Shown piece after piece: positions 1-8,216 of a stretch of 64,000 nt of DNA; within the stretch, counting starts at the first letter, position 1, and every line of letters starts with the position of its first letter. Source of the stretch: an uncultured Christensenella sp. (GTDB lineage: Bacteria > Bacillota > Clostridia > Christensenellales > UBA1242); the NCBI GenBank assembly GCA_949841595.1, contig CATKZB010000004.1, positions 10,587-74,586 on the forward strand. The letters run 5' to 3'. The position numbers and the translations under genes are program-made. The notes below the pieces were generated by a model. That model had not been told where the DNA came from, searched no databases, and was given only the letters and a program-made list of their open reading frames with translations.

Positions 1-875
1 TTGCTTGCAACACTTCTAAATTTTTTATTAGTCTCCCAAATTTCTTTCAACTTATCAAAGTTTGCATCAACATCTTGCATAAGTTTTGCAAGATTATCCA
101 TTTCCTTCAAAGTCGACTTCTTCAGTGTGCTTAAATCATTTGGACTTTCCCACAAAAAAACTGGCATTGTAACATAATTTATTTCATCGTGAAACAAAGC
201 ATGAAAATCAGCAAGCAGACTATAAGCAAAAGTCATCTCGTCAAAATGTTTTTGACCATTTAAATATTTTTCTTTGTCTTTTAATTTGCCACTTCTCATA
301 TTAAGCCATGCATCTGCAGCCCAAATAAATTGATCGTCTTGAAAGTTGCAAACATTAAAATCTTTTGTCTTAATATTCGCCTGCGAATCAACATTTATCC
401 ATTTATTGAAATTCCTGTCATAATATTGAACAATCCAATGATCAACTATCTTATCATCATAAATGTATGGTGCAAACCCAGATCGACACCTGCAAGGAAT
501 CCCCTTTGCTTTCAAGATGGAAGCATACCAAACTGAAATATAGCGACAAGTTATTGTCAATTTCTTGTTTGGGTCATTGTTGTTTTTTGGGAACTCCTGC
601 TTACCATTCAAACGAAAAAGTTCTGCTGTCATTGCTGTGGCTGTTAAAAGAACATCGTCCAAACATCTATAATTTTGCCATTTATATTTTAAGTTTCTTT
701 TATGCTTATCTTTTGATAAAAAAGTTCTAAATAAAGACATTTTATGTATATGTTGGTTATTTATTAATTCTCTCAACTCATAAATGTCGTCAGGAAGTGA
801 CTGATATATTTCTTTGTATGGTCCGAAATCAGTATACATACCTGTTTTTAAATAGTGCTCTAAAATCTTTTTCAT
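1..875 (-). CDS. transglutaminase-like domain protein, paralog of 872..1786 (3' end runs off window)
   Basis: Manual minus-strand translation from the ATG at 875..873 stays open to position 1. It is absent from the ORF track because no stop lies in the window. It shares the block RYIS..ASILKAKGIPCRCRSGFAPYIY..DHWI with the upstream gene. Its start overlaps the upstream stop as ATGA. Confidence 0.6.
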   Translation of the reverse strand, partial: MKKILEHYLKTGMYTDFGPYKEIYQSLPDDIYELRELINNQHIHKMSLFRTFLSKDKHKRNLKYKWQNYRCLDDVLLTATAMTAELFRLNGKQEFPKNNNDPNKKLTITCRYISVWYASILKAKGIPCRCRSGFAPYIYDDKIVDHWIVQYYDRNFNKWINVDSQANIKTKDFNVCNFQDDQFIWAADAWLNMRSGKLKDKEKYLNGQKHFDEMTFAYSLLADFHALFHDEINYVTMPVFLWESPNDLSTLKKSTLKEMDNLAKLMQDVDANFDKLKEIWETNKKFRSVAS

Positions 876-1786
876 AAATCTCCTTTAGTTGTTTTTTCTT
901 TTTGTTCTATATACGGATTTAAATTTGGTCCCTGCAAAAGTCTAAACTTTTCATTCGTCCCCCAAAGTTTTCTCAATTGCTCAAAATTTTTATCTGGATC
1001 AAGCATCAACTTTGCAAGGTTGTCCAGCTCTACATTATCTTCATCTGTAAGACAGTCAAAATTACTATCACTTATGAAATTAGGAGTGTATTTGTATGGC
1101 AGCTCGATATTCATTAATGCATTAAAATCCAAAAATAAAGCATGTGCTAAAATATCCTGTCCCTTATAACCGGTATGTTTAAGATATTTACTTAAATCTT
1201 TCAACTCTCCACTTCTTGCTTTCAACCATAAAACAGCTGGGTACTCAAATTCATCTTTTATATCATATAAATTAACCTTTTTATCATGAGTGCGAGTATG
1301 ATCTAAAATTTCAGCATCAATCGCAATCCATCGTTGCTCTTTTTCATCCCAATACTCATTGATCCAATGGTCGACGTTATAATCTGCATAAATATAAGGA
1401 GCAAATCCACTTCGGCATCGGCAAGGAATTCCTTTTGCTTTTAATATTGATGCAAACAATATTGATATATATCGGCATGTAACAATAATACGTTTGTCAT
1501 TAGGCTTATTAAGATAAAAGCCTTTTTGATCCAGTCTAAAAATTTCTGCTGTCATTGCTGTTGCTGTGTTTAAAGCATCATACAAGCAGTTATACCAAAT
1601 ATAATTTTTGCGAACTTCATTTCTGTCAAAAGTGCGAAAAACTCTCATTTTATGAATATGTTGATCGCAAACGATATCTCTTAGTTTGTTTATATCATTT
1701 GGCAAAGACTTAAAATAGTCTTCATAAAGCCCAGAATTTGTATAAACCGAAGTTTGTTTATAAAAACTTTTTATATCATTCTTCAT
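872..1786 (-). CDS. transglutaminase-like domain protein
   Basis: 304 aa ORF with candidate Cys/His/Asp catalytic residues (TCRY..., DHWI, IDAE) typical of transglutaminase-like cysteine peptidase folds. Family assignment is from motif memory only. Confidence 0.55.
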   Translation of the reverse strand: MKNDIKSFYKQTSVYTNSGLYEDYFKSLPNDINKLRDIVCDQHIHKMRVFRTFDRNEVRKNYIWYNCLYDALNTATAMTAEIFRLDQKGFYLNKPNDKRIIVTCRYISILFASILKAKGIPCRCRSGFAPYIYADYNVDHWINEYWDEKEQRWIAIDAEILDHTRTHDKKVNLYDIKDEFEYPAVLWLKARSGELKDLSKYLKHTGYKGQDILAHALFLDFNALMNIELPYKYTPNFISDSNFDCLTDEDNVELDNLAKLMLDPDKNFEQLRKLWGTNEKFRLLQGPNLNPYIEQKEKTTKGDL

Positions 1787-1979
1787 TCATTTCTTTCCTT
1801 TTATTTAATTTCTTACCCGATATTAATTTTCAAAAACTGTTGTAGAGATATTAATCCTAGATTTTCTAAAAAACTTTTTAGTGCATATTGTTGTGTCAAC
1901 TGACAACGAAGTCTTTTTTTTTGATTTATAAGTTTTGTTTTTGCGACAACTTTTTGATTTTGCGAAAATCAAAAGTCTG

Positions 1980-2870
1980 TCATTTTTTACAATTAACTTT
2001 TATGTTATTAATAATTTGTTCTGTTGCACGATCCAAAGTCTCTTTTGTAACACCACAACTTCTGTCAACATAAATAACATTTTCATAGTCAAGCAAATCT
2101 TTATTTTCGTTTATATTTGAACCATCACAAACATAAAAATTAGTTTTGTTTTTTAACCACTCCTTTAGGGTTTTTATATCATAGCATTGACCAATAGAAG
2201 TGTTGATAATTATCTTGCCATTACCAAATATTTGTAGTTTGTCACCCCCTATCAAGCAAACATCTCTATTGAGATTAATAGAAAGAACATCTACAGTCTT
2301 CAAAAGTTCATCAAGTGGTAGATAAACCAAATTTTCATTCTCAATATCTTTTTTTCTTGTTTTACTGAAATAATAAACCTTTGTTCCAAAGAAATTAAAC
2401 GTTTTTGCAATCTTTGTTCCTAAATCACCTAGACCTAAAACACCTACTTTAATTGCAGTTAAGTCATTAACTTCTTTTCTCCACTTTTTACCACAAAGTC
2501 CATGTTGTAAATTTATAACAGATGCCAGAGTGTATTCAATAACTCCATTATCTCCATATTCAGATAAATAAGCGAATTCTATACCTTTGGTTGTTGCATG
2601 TGAAATGTCAGTTTTGCAATATTGAGGTCCATAATAAGAACAGCAAAGATGAATAAACTTAAGATTTGGGCAGCTATCTATAACATTTTTTCTTACAACA
2701 GTTGTGTGAGAGACGAGAATGCAATCAGCATTACCAATTCGTTTTACTAGTTCCTCGTCACTTTTAACATCACTATTAAAAACTTTTAACTCGTGGCAAT
2801 AGTTTTTTAGTTTTTCTAAACCTTCTTTCTTAATATATACAGGCTCGACAACCACTATTTTATTAAACAT
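1980..2870 (-). CDS. D-isomer-specific 2-hydroxyacid dehydrogenase family protein
   Basis: NAD-binding GVLGLGDLGTKIAKTFNFFGTKV motif. Start moved to MFNKIVVVEP, which follows an AAGGAG RBS; the ORF-track start lies further upstream. Confidence 0.7.
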   Translation of the reverse strand: MFNKIVVVEPVYIKKEGLEKLKNYCHELKVFNSDVKSDEELVKRIGNADCILVSHTTVVRKNVIDSCPNLKFIHLCCSYYGPQYCKTDISHATTKGIEFAYLSEYGDNGVIEYTLASVINLQHGLCGKKWRKEVNDLTAIKVGVLGLGDLGTKIAKTFNFFGTKVYYFSKTRKKDIENENLVYLPLDELLKTVDVLSINLNRDVCLIGGDKLQIFGNGKIIINTSIGQCYDIKTLKEWLKNKTNFYVCDGSNINENKDLLDYENVIYVDRSCGVTKETLDRATEQIINNIKVNCKK

Positions 2871-2927
2871 ATTAACTCCTTGTTTTGATTTTTTGATTAT
2901 TTTTGATTTTGCAAAAACCAAAAAATA

Positions 2928-3521
2928 TTATTTTTTCAGGACTGCACAATACCATTGCTCATCTCGTCCTTCTCTTTTATCACCAGCAACGAATTCGTCT
3001 TTAAACTTAAATTTCTTTAATTTATCATTTTGCTTTATAAATTTCCTGAAAGATTTTTGAGTAAACTCATTAAAATGCTTTCCAAATTTATTATCATATT
3101 CATTTTCTCCCAGACGTGCATTAAAAAATAAAACTCCATTTGGTTTAAGAGCATTGTAAATTTTTATTAAAACCTCTACTAAATCTTTTCTGTCTAAATG
3201 ATGTATTGAAGCTAATGCCCAAATTCCATCAAATTCTTCAGTATAATCTATATCTTGAAATATCATACATTTTACAGGCTGTTCTAATAAATTTGAAGCG
3301 AAATGACAAAACTCTTTCCCTCCATCAATAGCTTCAACTTTGTACCCCATTTTTTTGAAATAATAAGAATCTCTGCCACTTCCACAACCTATATCTAATA
3401 TTGAACCACCATCTGGAATATATTTCAAAAAGACTTTATAATAATCAGAATTATCTACATTTATAGTTCTCATAATATAATCTGCAAATTTTGCATCAAA
3501 TATTTCATGCGTATTATTCAT
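2928..3521 (-). CDS. class I SAM-dependent methyltransferase
   Basis: SAM-binding motif ILDIGCGSGRDS and typical ~200 aa size. Confidence 0.75.
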   Translation of the reverse strand: MNNTHEIFDAKFADYIMRTINVDNSDYYKVFLKYIPDGGSILDIGCGSGRDSYYFKKMGYKVEAIDGGKEFCHFASNLLEQPVKCMIFQDIDYTEEFDGIWALASIHHLDRKDLVEVLIKIYNALKPNGVLFFNARLGENEYDNKFGKHFNEFTQKSFRKFIKQNDKLKKFKFKDEFVAGDKREGRDEQWYCAVLKK

Positions 3522-3557
3522 TCTCTCTCCTAAAAAAGACTTTTTATTGCATATAGT

Positions 3558-3631
3558 TGGAGCGAGCGATGGGAGTCGAACCCACCTTTTAGGCTTGGGA
3601 AGCCCACATACTACCGATATATTACGCTCGC
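3558..3631 (-). tRNA. tRNA-Gly (anticodon CCC)
   Basis: Hand-folded cloverleaf: acceptor GCGAGCG/CGCTCGC, anticodon stem TGGGC/GCCTA with loop TTCCCAA, T-arm GTGGG-TTCGACT-CCCAT, encoded CCA. The D-stem is only 3 bp. Confidence 0.8.
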
Positions 3632-3642
3632 ATATGCACGAA

Positions 3643-4155
3643 TTAATCGTGCTTATTTATAAGTTCATATAGTTTTACATCATGAAATTTTCCATTTTTA
3701 AAAGAATGATCCTTGAGAGTCCCAACAAGACTCATTCCACAATTCTGCATAACTTTTCCACTCGCTGGATTTTCAACATAATGTTTTGCATAAATTTTGT
3801 GAAATTTTAATTCTTTAAAAGCAAAATCAATCAAAAGTTTCAATGCTTCTGTTGCATAACCTTTGCCCCAATAATCTGGAGAAATCCAATATCCAACTTC
3901 TCCATGTCTGTCAGCGTTTTCTAAGCCTAAGCCAATGCTGCCAATAAGTTTGTTATTTGATTTTAGAATCACAGCAAATTCCAATCTTTTGTCTTTGTTT
4001 TCTACTTGAGAAGATATCCAACTCTTTGCCATATCAAGAGTATATGGATAAGGCAAAGGTAAATATTTTGTTACATTAAAATCCCTGCACACAGCAAAAA
4101 CTTCTTCTGCATCACCAATCACAAATGGTCTTAAAAAAATTCTTTCCGATTCCAT
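3643..4155 (-). CDS. GNAT family N-acetyltransferase (RimJ/RimL-like)
   Basis: 170 aa with a GYWISPDYWGKGYATEA acetyl-CoA binding-type motif. Confidence 0.75.
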   Translation of the reverse strand: MESERIFLRPFVIGDAEEVFAVCRDFNVTKYLPLPYPYTLDMAKSWISSQVENKDKRLEFAVILKSNNKLIGSIGLGLENADRHGEVGYWISPDYWGKGYATEALKLLIDFAFKELKFHKIYAKHYVENPASGKVMQNCGMSLVGTLKDHSFKNGKFHDVKLYELINKHD

Positions 4156-4157
4156 AA

Positions 4158-4556
4158 TTATGGTTCCTGTATGCTTGGTGGAGTGACAATTGGTCCTAAA
4201 ATTGTGTTTATTGTTAGATTTGTAATTATATTTGAAATGTAAGAAATCAAAATTCTTACAGGTTGGCTTGCTTTAATATAGCCCTTTGGATCAGGAAGTT
4301 TAACAAATTCCAACGAGTCAACAGGAATATCTATACTCATTGAAACAGAAAGTCTCATCAAATTTGAAGGACTGACCAAAAGTCTTCTTTCTGCAGTCAC
4401 CTTCACAACTTCTTCTGAAACCTTTCTGATGTCAATTGTATCTTCTGGTTTAATATTTATTGTTGCACTAGGTTGTGGCAAGTTTATCTTGTCAAAAACA
4501 ATTTTCTCCAAAATCGGCTTAACAAGATGTGGTTTTATAATATTTTCTTGTTGCAT
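4158..4556 (-). CDS. hypothetical protein
   Basis: ORF with an AAAGGAGAG RBS before the internal MQQENII start. No recognisable motifs. Confidence 0.45.
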   Translation of the reverse strand: MQQENIIKPHLVKPILEKIVFDKINLPQPSATINIKPEDTIDIRKVSEEVVKVTAERRLLVSPSNLMRLSVSMSIDIPVDSLEFVKLPDPKGYIKASQPVRILISYISNIITNLTINTILGPIVTPPSIQEP

Positions 4557-4649
4557 AATCTCTCCTTTATATAAAGTAGATTTTATCATATTAAATCAAA
4601 AAAGACAATAAATTTGTCAAACAATCCAATTTTGTATGTAAATTAAGTA

Positions 4650-4678
4650 TTGACATTTACCTTCGTTTGTAGTATGTT
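4650..4678 (+). promoter_or_regulatory. sigma-A type promoter, -10 only 6 nt from ATG (predicted leaderless)
   Basis: TTGACA (4650..4655), 17 nt spacer, TATGTT (4673..4678), 6 nt, then ATG at 4685. No Shine-Dalgarno sequence. Confidence 0.5.
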
Positions 4679-4684
4679 TTTTAT

Positions 4685-5371
4685 ATGGAAAATAAAGCAA
4701 TAGTATTTTTAGATTATAATTCAACTTTCGACGACATTTCTGAAAAATCAGGAAAGGTTTTCATTTCTGCACTAAAAAGATTTTGTAAGCATTTTGATAA
4801 CAATGTAACAATAGCTGTTATAACTTCAGCTAATCATCTTCCACCCGAAGAAATTAAGGAAGATTTGTCATATACACTTTCGCTTTTGCCAAAAATTATG
4901 CAAAACAAATTTTGTTATTTAATTGAAGAACAATATAGATACATTTCAAAAATAAATTGTGAGGATTTAGATTATCCTACATTCTCACTAATCACAACAC
5001 AAGAATTATACCATGGAACGAAAAAAGATGGTGTTGAATTTTTATTGGATTTGATAGATCCATCAGAAGATATCAAAACATGTGTCTTTGTTGGCGATAG
5101 TGATTTTTCCGATTTACCAATGTTAGATGCCGATATTGGCAATAGACAGAAAATATTTTTATATGCAAATCGAAAAAATTTAAAAACTGATTATTCTGTA
5201 TATAAAATTTCTTTACACCCCAATATGTCATATAGCTTATATAATGAAGTCAAAAACGGGAAGTCAATTGATAATCCATTTGTTGTAAAAACAACAAATG
5301 AAAGTTTTGGTGTAGGAAAAGGTTTTGAACAAATAACAAATTATTTTGAAGAAAGAGTTCGAAACAAATAA
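4685..5371 (+). CDS. hypothetical protein, possibly HAD-like hydrolase fold
   Basis: 228 aa. VFVGDSDFSDLPMLDAD resembles HAD motif IV. Weak assignment. Confidence 0.45.
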   Translation: MENKAIVFLDYNSTFDDISEKSGKVFISALKRFCKHFDNNVTIAVITSANHLPPEEIKEDLSYTLSLLPKIMQNKFCYLIEEQYRYISKINCEDLDYPTFSLITTQELYHGTKKDGVEFLLDLIDPSEDIKTCVFVGDSDFSDLPMLDADIGNRQKIFLYANRKNLKTDYSVYKISLHPNMSYSLYNEVKNGKSIDNPFVVKTTNESFGVGKGFEQITNYFEERVRNK

Positions 5372-5386
5372 TCTTTCCACAATATA

Positions 5387-5416
5387 AAAAGAAGAGTTGT
5401 TTAACTCTTCTTTTTT
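5387..5416. terminator. bidirectional intrinsic terminator
   Basis: Stem GAAGAGTT/AACTCTTC flanked by an A-run and a T-run, between convergent genes. Confidence 0.6.
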
Positions 5417-6806
5417 AATCATCTTTACCTTCTTTATCTTTTGTTTGAGTATCTTCATCATCTAAATATATAATTTTCAAATTAACCATTTCAATTCTAT
5501 GACCTTCCATTTTTGTCACAGTGAAAATCATATTTATTTTGTGTTGTGTCAAATTTCCTTCATCGTCAAGAATGTCATCAACAGTATAATATTCATATTT
5601 CTGTCCCTTTTCTGGCACTCCTTCTGACAACTCAAACAAAAACGAATTGACCGATTGATACAACTTTTCAGGAACAGTTTCAATCTCCAATTTTTCAAAC
5701 AAATCTTCAACGGTTATGTCTGCATCGATATTATATTCGTTTTCTCCTATCTTTTCAAAAATAGGTTCAACTTCATCTTGGTCTGTTTCATCATAAATCT
5801 CACCAAAAACAGTTTCAGTGCAGTCTTCCATTGTAACAATTCCTGAAACGCCACCATTTTCATCCAGCACAACTGCCAGATGTTTTTTTGCCTTTTGCAT
5901 TTCTCTTATAAGAGTGTCTACATTGGTGTTTTCTGCTGTGAAAAGTGGTTTCGTCATAAGTTCTTTAAGAACTATTTTTTTGTTTAAAACTTTGGCATTA
6001 AAATAATCCTTAATGTTGAGAAGCCCTACAACATTATCAGTGCTTCCTTCATAAACCGGAATTCTGCTATATTGGTTTTCAATGAAAGTTTTTTCAATTT
6101 CTTCCAACTTTGCATTAACTTCCAAAAACACAACATCCACTCTGTGTGTCATTATGTCATGAGCAGTGACTTCTTTAATTTTCAAAGCTCCTTGTATGAT
6201 ATCAGATTCGTCATTTTCAAGAACGCCTTCTTCTTCCATTGTGTCGATGATGCTTTCAAGCTCATCTTCTGTCACAGTAACACTGTTTGTTTCTTGATTT
6301 TTTCTTTTTGTAAACAATTTTTGAATACCATAAAAACAGATAACTAGTGGATATAAAACTTTCATGATAACATAAATAATCCCAGAAATCTTGACAGCAA
6401 ATTTTTCTGGGTAAGCCTTTGCCAATGCCTTTGGCAAAATTTCTCCCGTTATCAAAATAATCACCGTCATAACAACAGTGTTCATAACATTAAGAAGCGT
6501 TGCATTATCAATAAATTGTGACAACAAATATGCACAAATTGTGGTAGATAAAATGTTGACAATATTGTTTCCAACAAGAATGGTTGTTAGTGTTCTGTCA
6601 GAATGTTCGCCAATATAAAGAGCTTTTCTTGCCCCCTTTACTTTGTTTTCAGCCATAGAACGAATCCTTATAAGATTCATAGACGAAAAGGCTGTTTCGC
6701 TTGCTGAGAAGAATGCTGACAAAATCAAAAGAACAATGATAACAGCAATCAATGCAGCATGAACTGTATTAAATGAAACTGCTAAAAGCATACTGGGGTG
6801 ACTCAA
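5415..6806 (-). CDS. CNNM/CorC-family (hemolysin-like) membrane protein with CBS pair and CorC_HlyC domain
   Basis: 463 aa: N-terminal DUF21-type TM region, a central CBS-like region (AHDIMTHRVDV...) and a C-terminal transporter-associated domain. Confidence 0.85.
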   Translation of the reverse strand: MSHPSMLLAVSFNTVHAALIAVIIVLLILSAFFSASETAFSSMNLIRIRSMAENKVKGARKALYIGEHSDRTLTTILVGNNIVNILSTTICAYLLSQFIDNATLLNVMNTVVMTVIILITGEILPKALAKAYPEKFAVKISGIIYVIMKVLYPLVICFYGIQKLFTKRKNQETNSVTVTEDELESIIDTMEEEGVLENDESDIIQGALKIKEVTAHDIMTHRVDVVFLEVNAKLEEIEKTFIENQYSRIPVYEGSTDNVVGLLNIKDYFNAKVLNKKIVLKELMTKPLFTAENTNVDTLIREMQKAKKHLAVVLDENGGVSGIVTMEDCTETVFGEIYDETDQDEVEPIFEKIGENEYNIDADITVEDLFEKLEIETVPEKLYQSVNSFLFELSEGVPEKGQKYEYYTVDDILDDEGNLTQHKINMIFTVTKMEGHRIEMVNLKIIYLDDEDTQTKDKEGKDD

Positions 6807-6940
6807 AATATTTCTCCTTAAATTTAAATTTTATTTGATATTATATCATATCATATTATTTTTGTCTACTTTTTATTTGCAAATTGCCGATTTGACAAAA
6901 TATAGTTTGAAAAAACTCTCAATTATGATAAACTTAAATC

Positions 6941-7807
6941 ATGAAAAAAATAAATTCTGCAGTCGAAAATTTTTGTGAAACATGCCCTAGAAATTGCAAA
7001 ATTAATAGGTCTCTTGCAAAAGGTTTTTGCCAAGAAAATAATAAAATAAGAATCGCTAAAATCATAAAGAATTTTCAATGGGAAGAACCTTGCATATCGG
7101 GATCAAAAGGAAGTTTTGCAATCTTTTTTTCTGGTTGTAACCTCCGTTGTGATTATTGTCAAAATTATGAAATATCTCGAGGTGGCATTGGAGAAGAATA
7201 TTCAATCGAGGAGTTTTGCGACCTTATAGAAAAAAATCAAAATGCTCATTCTTCAATTGATTTGATAACGCCGACACATTTTTCAAATCAACTTCACCAA
7301 GCATTTGCAAAAATTTCTTGCAAAATTCCTGTTGTTTGGAATACAAACAGCTATGAAACAGTTGAGAACATCCGATTGGTGAGTGACTTTGTCGATGTCT
7401 TTTTGGCTGACTTAAAATATTGCAACAATCAAATCGGAAAAGAGTTTTCTTCATGTTCTGATTACACCTCATATGCAATCCCAGCAATCAAAGAAATGTG
7501 CAAACTTAAGCCTGACATAATAGAAAAAGATTTTATGAAACAAGGTGTTTTAATAAGACACTTGGTCTTACCAAACTTAGTTGAAAATTCTTTGAAAGTT
7601 TTGGACATTATCAAAAGTGAATTTCCAAACCGAAAAATAAGCTTGATGAGTCAATTCACTCCAAATGGCAAAAGCAAACTAAACAGAAAACTTAAGCCTA
7701 TTGAATACAAAGCAGTTCTGTCTCATCTTGAAAAGCTGGGCATAACAGACGGTTACATTCAAGATTTTGACAGTGCAGATGAAACTTTTGTTCCAAAGTT
7801 TACTTAA
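6941..7807 (+). CDS. radical SAM protein (PflX / pyruvate formate-lyase activase-like)
   Basis: CNLRCDYCQN matches the CxxxCxxC radical SAM cluster motif; 288 aa. Confidence 0.75.
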   Translation: MKKINSAVENFCETCPRNCKINRSLAKGFCQENNKIRIAKIIKNFQWEEPCISGSKGSFAIFFSGCNLRCDYCQNYEISRGGIGEEYSIEEFCDLIEKNQNAHSSIDLITPTHFSNQLHQAFAKISCKIPVVWNTNSYETVENIRLVSDFVDVFLADLKYCNNQIGKEFSSCSDYTSYAIPAIKEMCKLKPDIIEKDFMKQGVLIRHLVLPNLVENSLKVLDIIKSEFPNRKISLMSQFTPNGKSKLNRKLKPIEYKAVLSHLEKLGITDGYIQDFDSADETFVPKFT

Positions 7808-7878
7808 ATCATTCAAATTTTATTGACATATTTTTTAAAAATTATTATGATAATAACATACAAAGGAGGACTACACTT

Positions 7879-8172
7879 TTGGAAAAGTCATCTAAAAAAT
7901 ATTTAATTTTTGGAATCATTTTCAGTTTGTTTGCAATCACGTTCGGGTTGCTTCATTACTTTAAAGTTATAAAATCTCTCGACCTGTTTTTGTCTGTCAC
8001 ATATATAGCCTATTTTGTGGGAATTGCATTATTGTATAATGGGGCTTACAACAGAAATTACAACAGAACTAAATCTACTTTACTAAACTTTGTTCTTGGT
8101 GGAATTTTTATATTGGCTGCCATAGTTATGTTGATATATGGACTTGCTACAGGAATTGTAATTATGTTTTAA
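7879..8172 (+). CDS. small integral membrane protein
   Basis: TTG start 8 nt after AAGGAGG. Three predicted hydrophobic helices. Confidence 0.5.
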   Translation: MEKSSKKYLIFGIIFSLFAITFGLLHYFKVIKSLDLFLSVTYIAYFVGIALLYNGAYNRNYNRTKSTLLNFVLGGIFILAAIVMLIYGLATGIVIMF

Positions 8173-8187
8173 AAATTTAAGCAACAA

Positions 8188-8216
8188 AAAAGACCAATAA
8201 TTTGGTCTTTTTTTTA
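8188..8216. terminator. bidirectional intrinsic terminator
   Basis: Stem AAAAGACCAA/TTGGTCTTTT with loop TAAT and a T-run, between convergent genes. Confidence 0.65.

Noticed and set aside
330-730. Plus-strand ORFs 330..536 and 467..730
   Set aside because: They are antisense to the open minus-strand paralog frame at 1..875, which has clear homology to the neighbouring gene.
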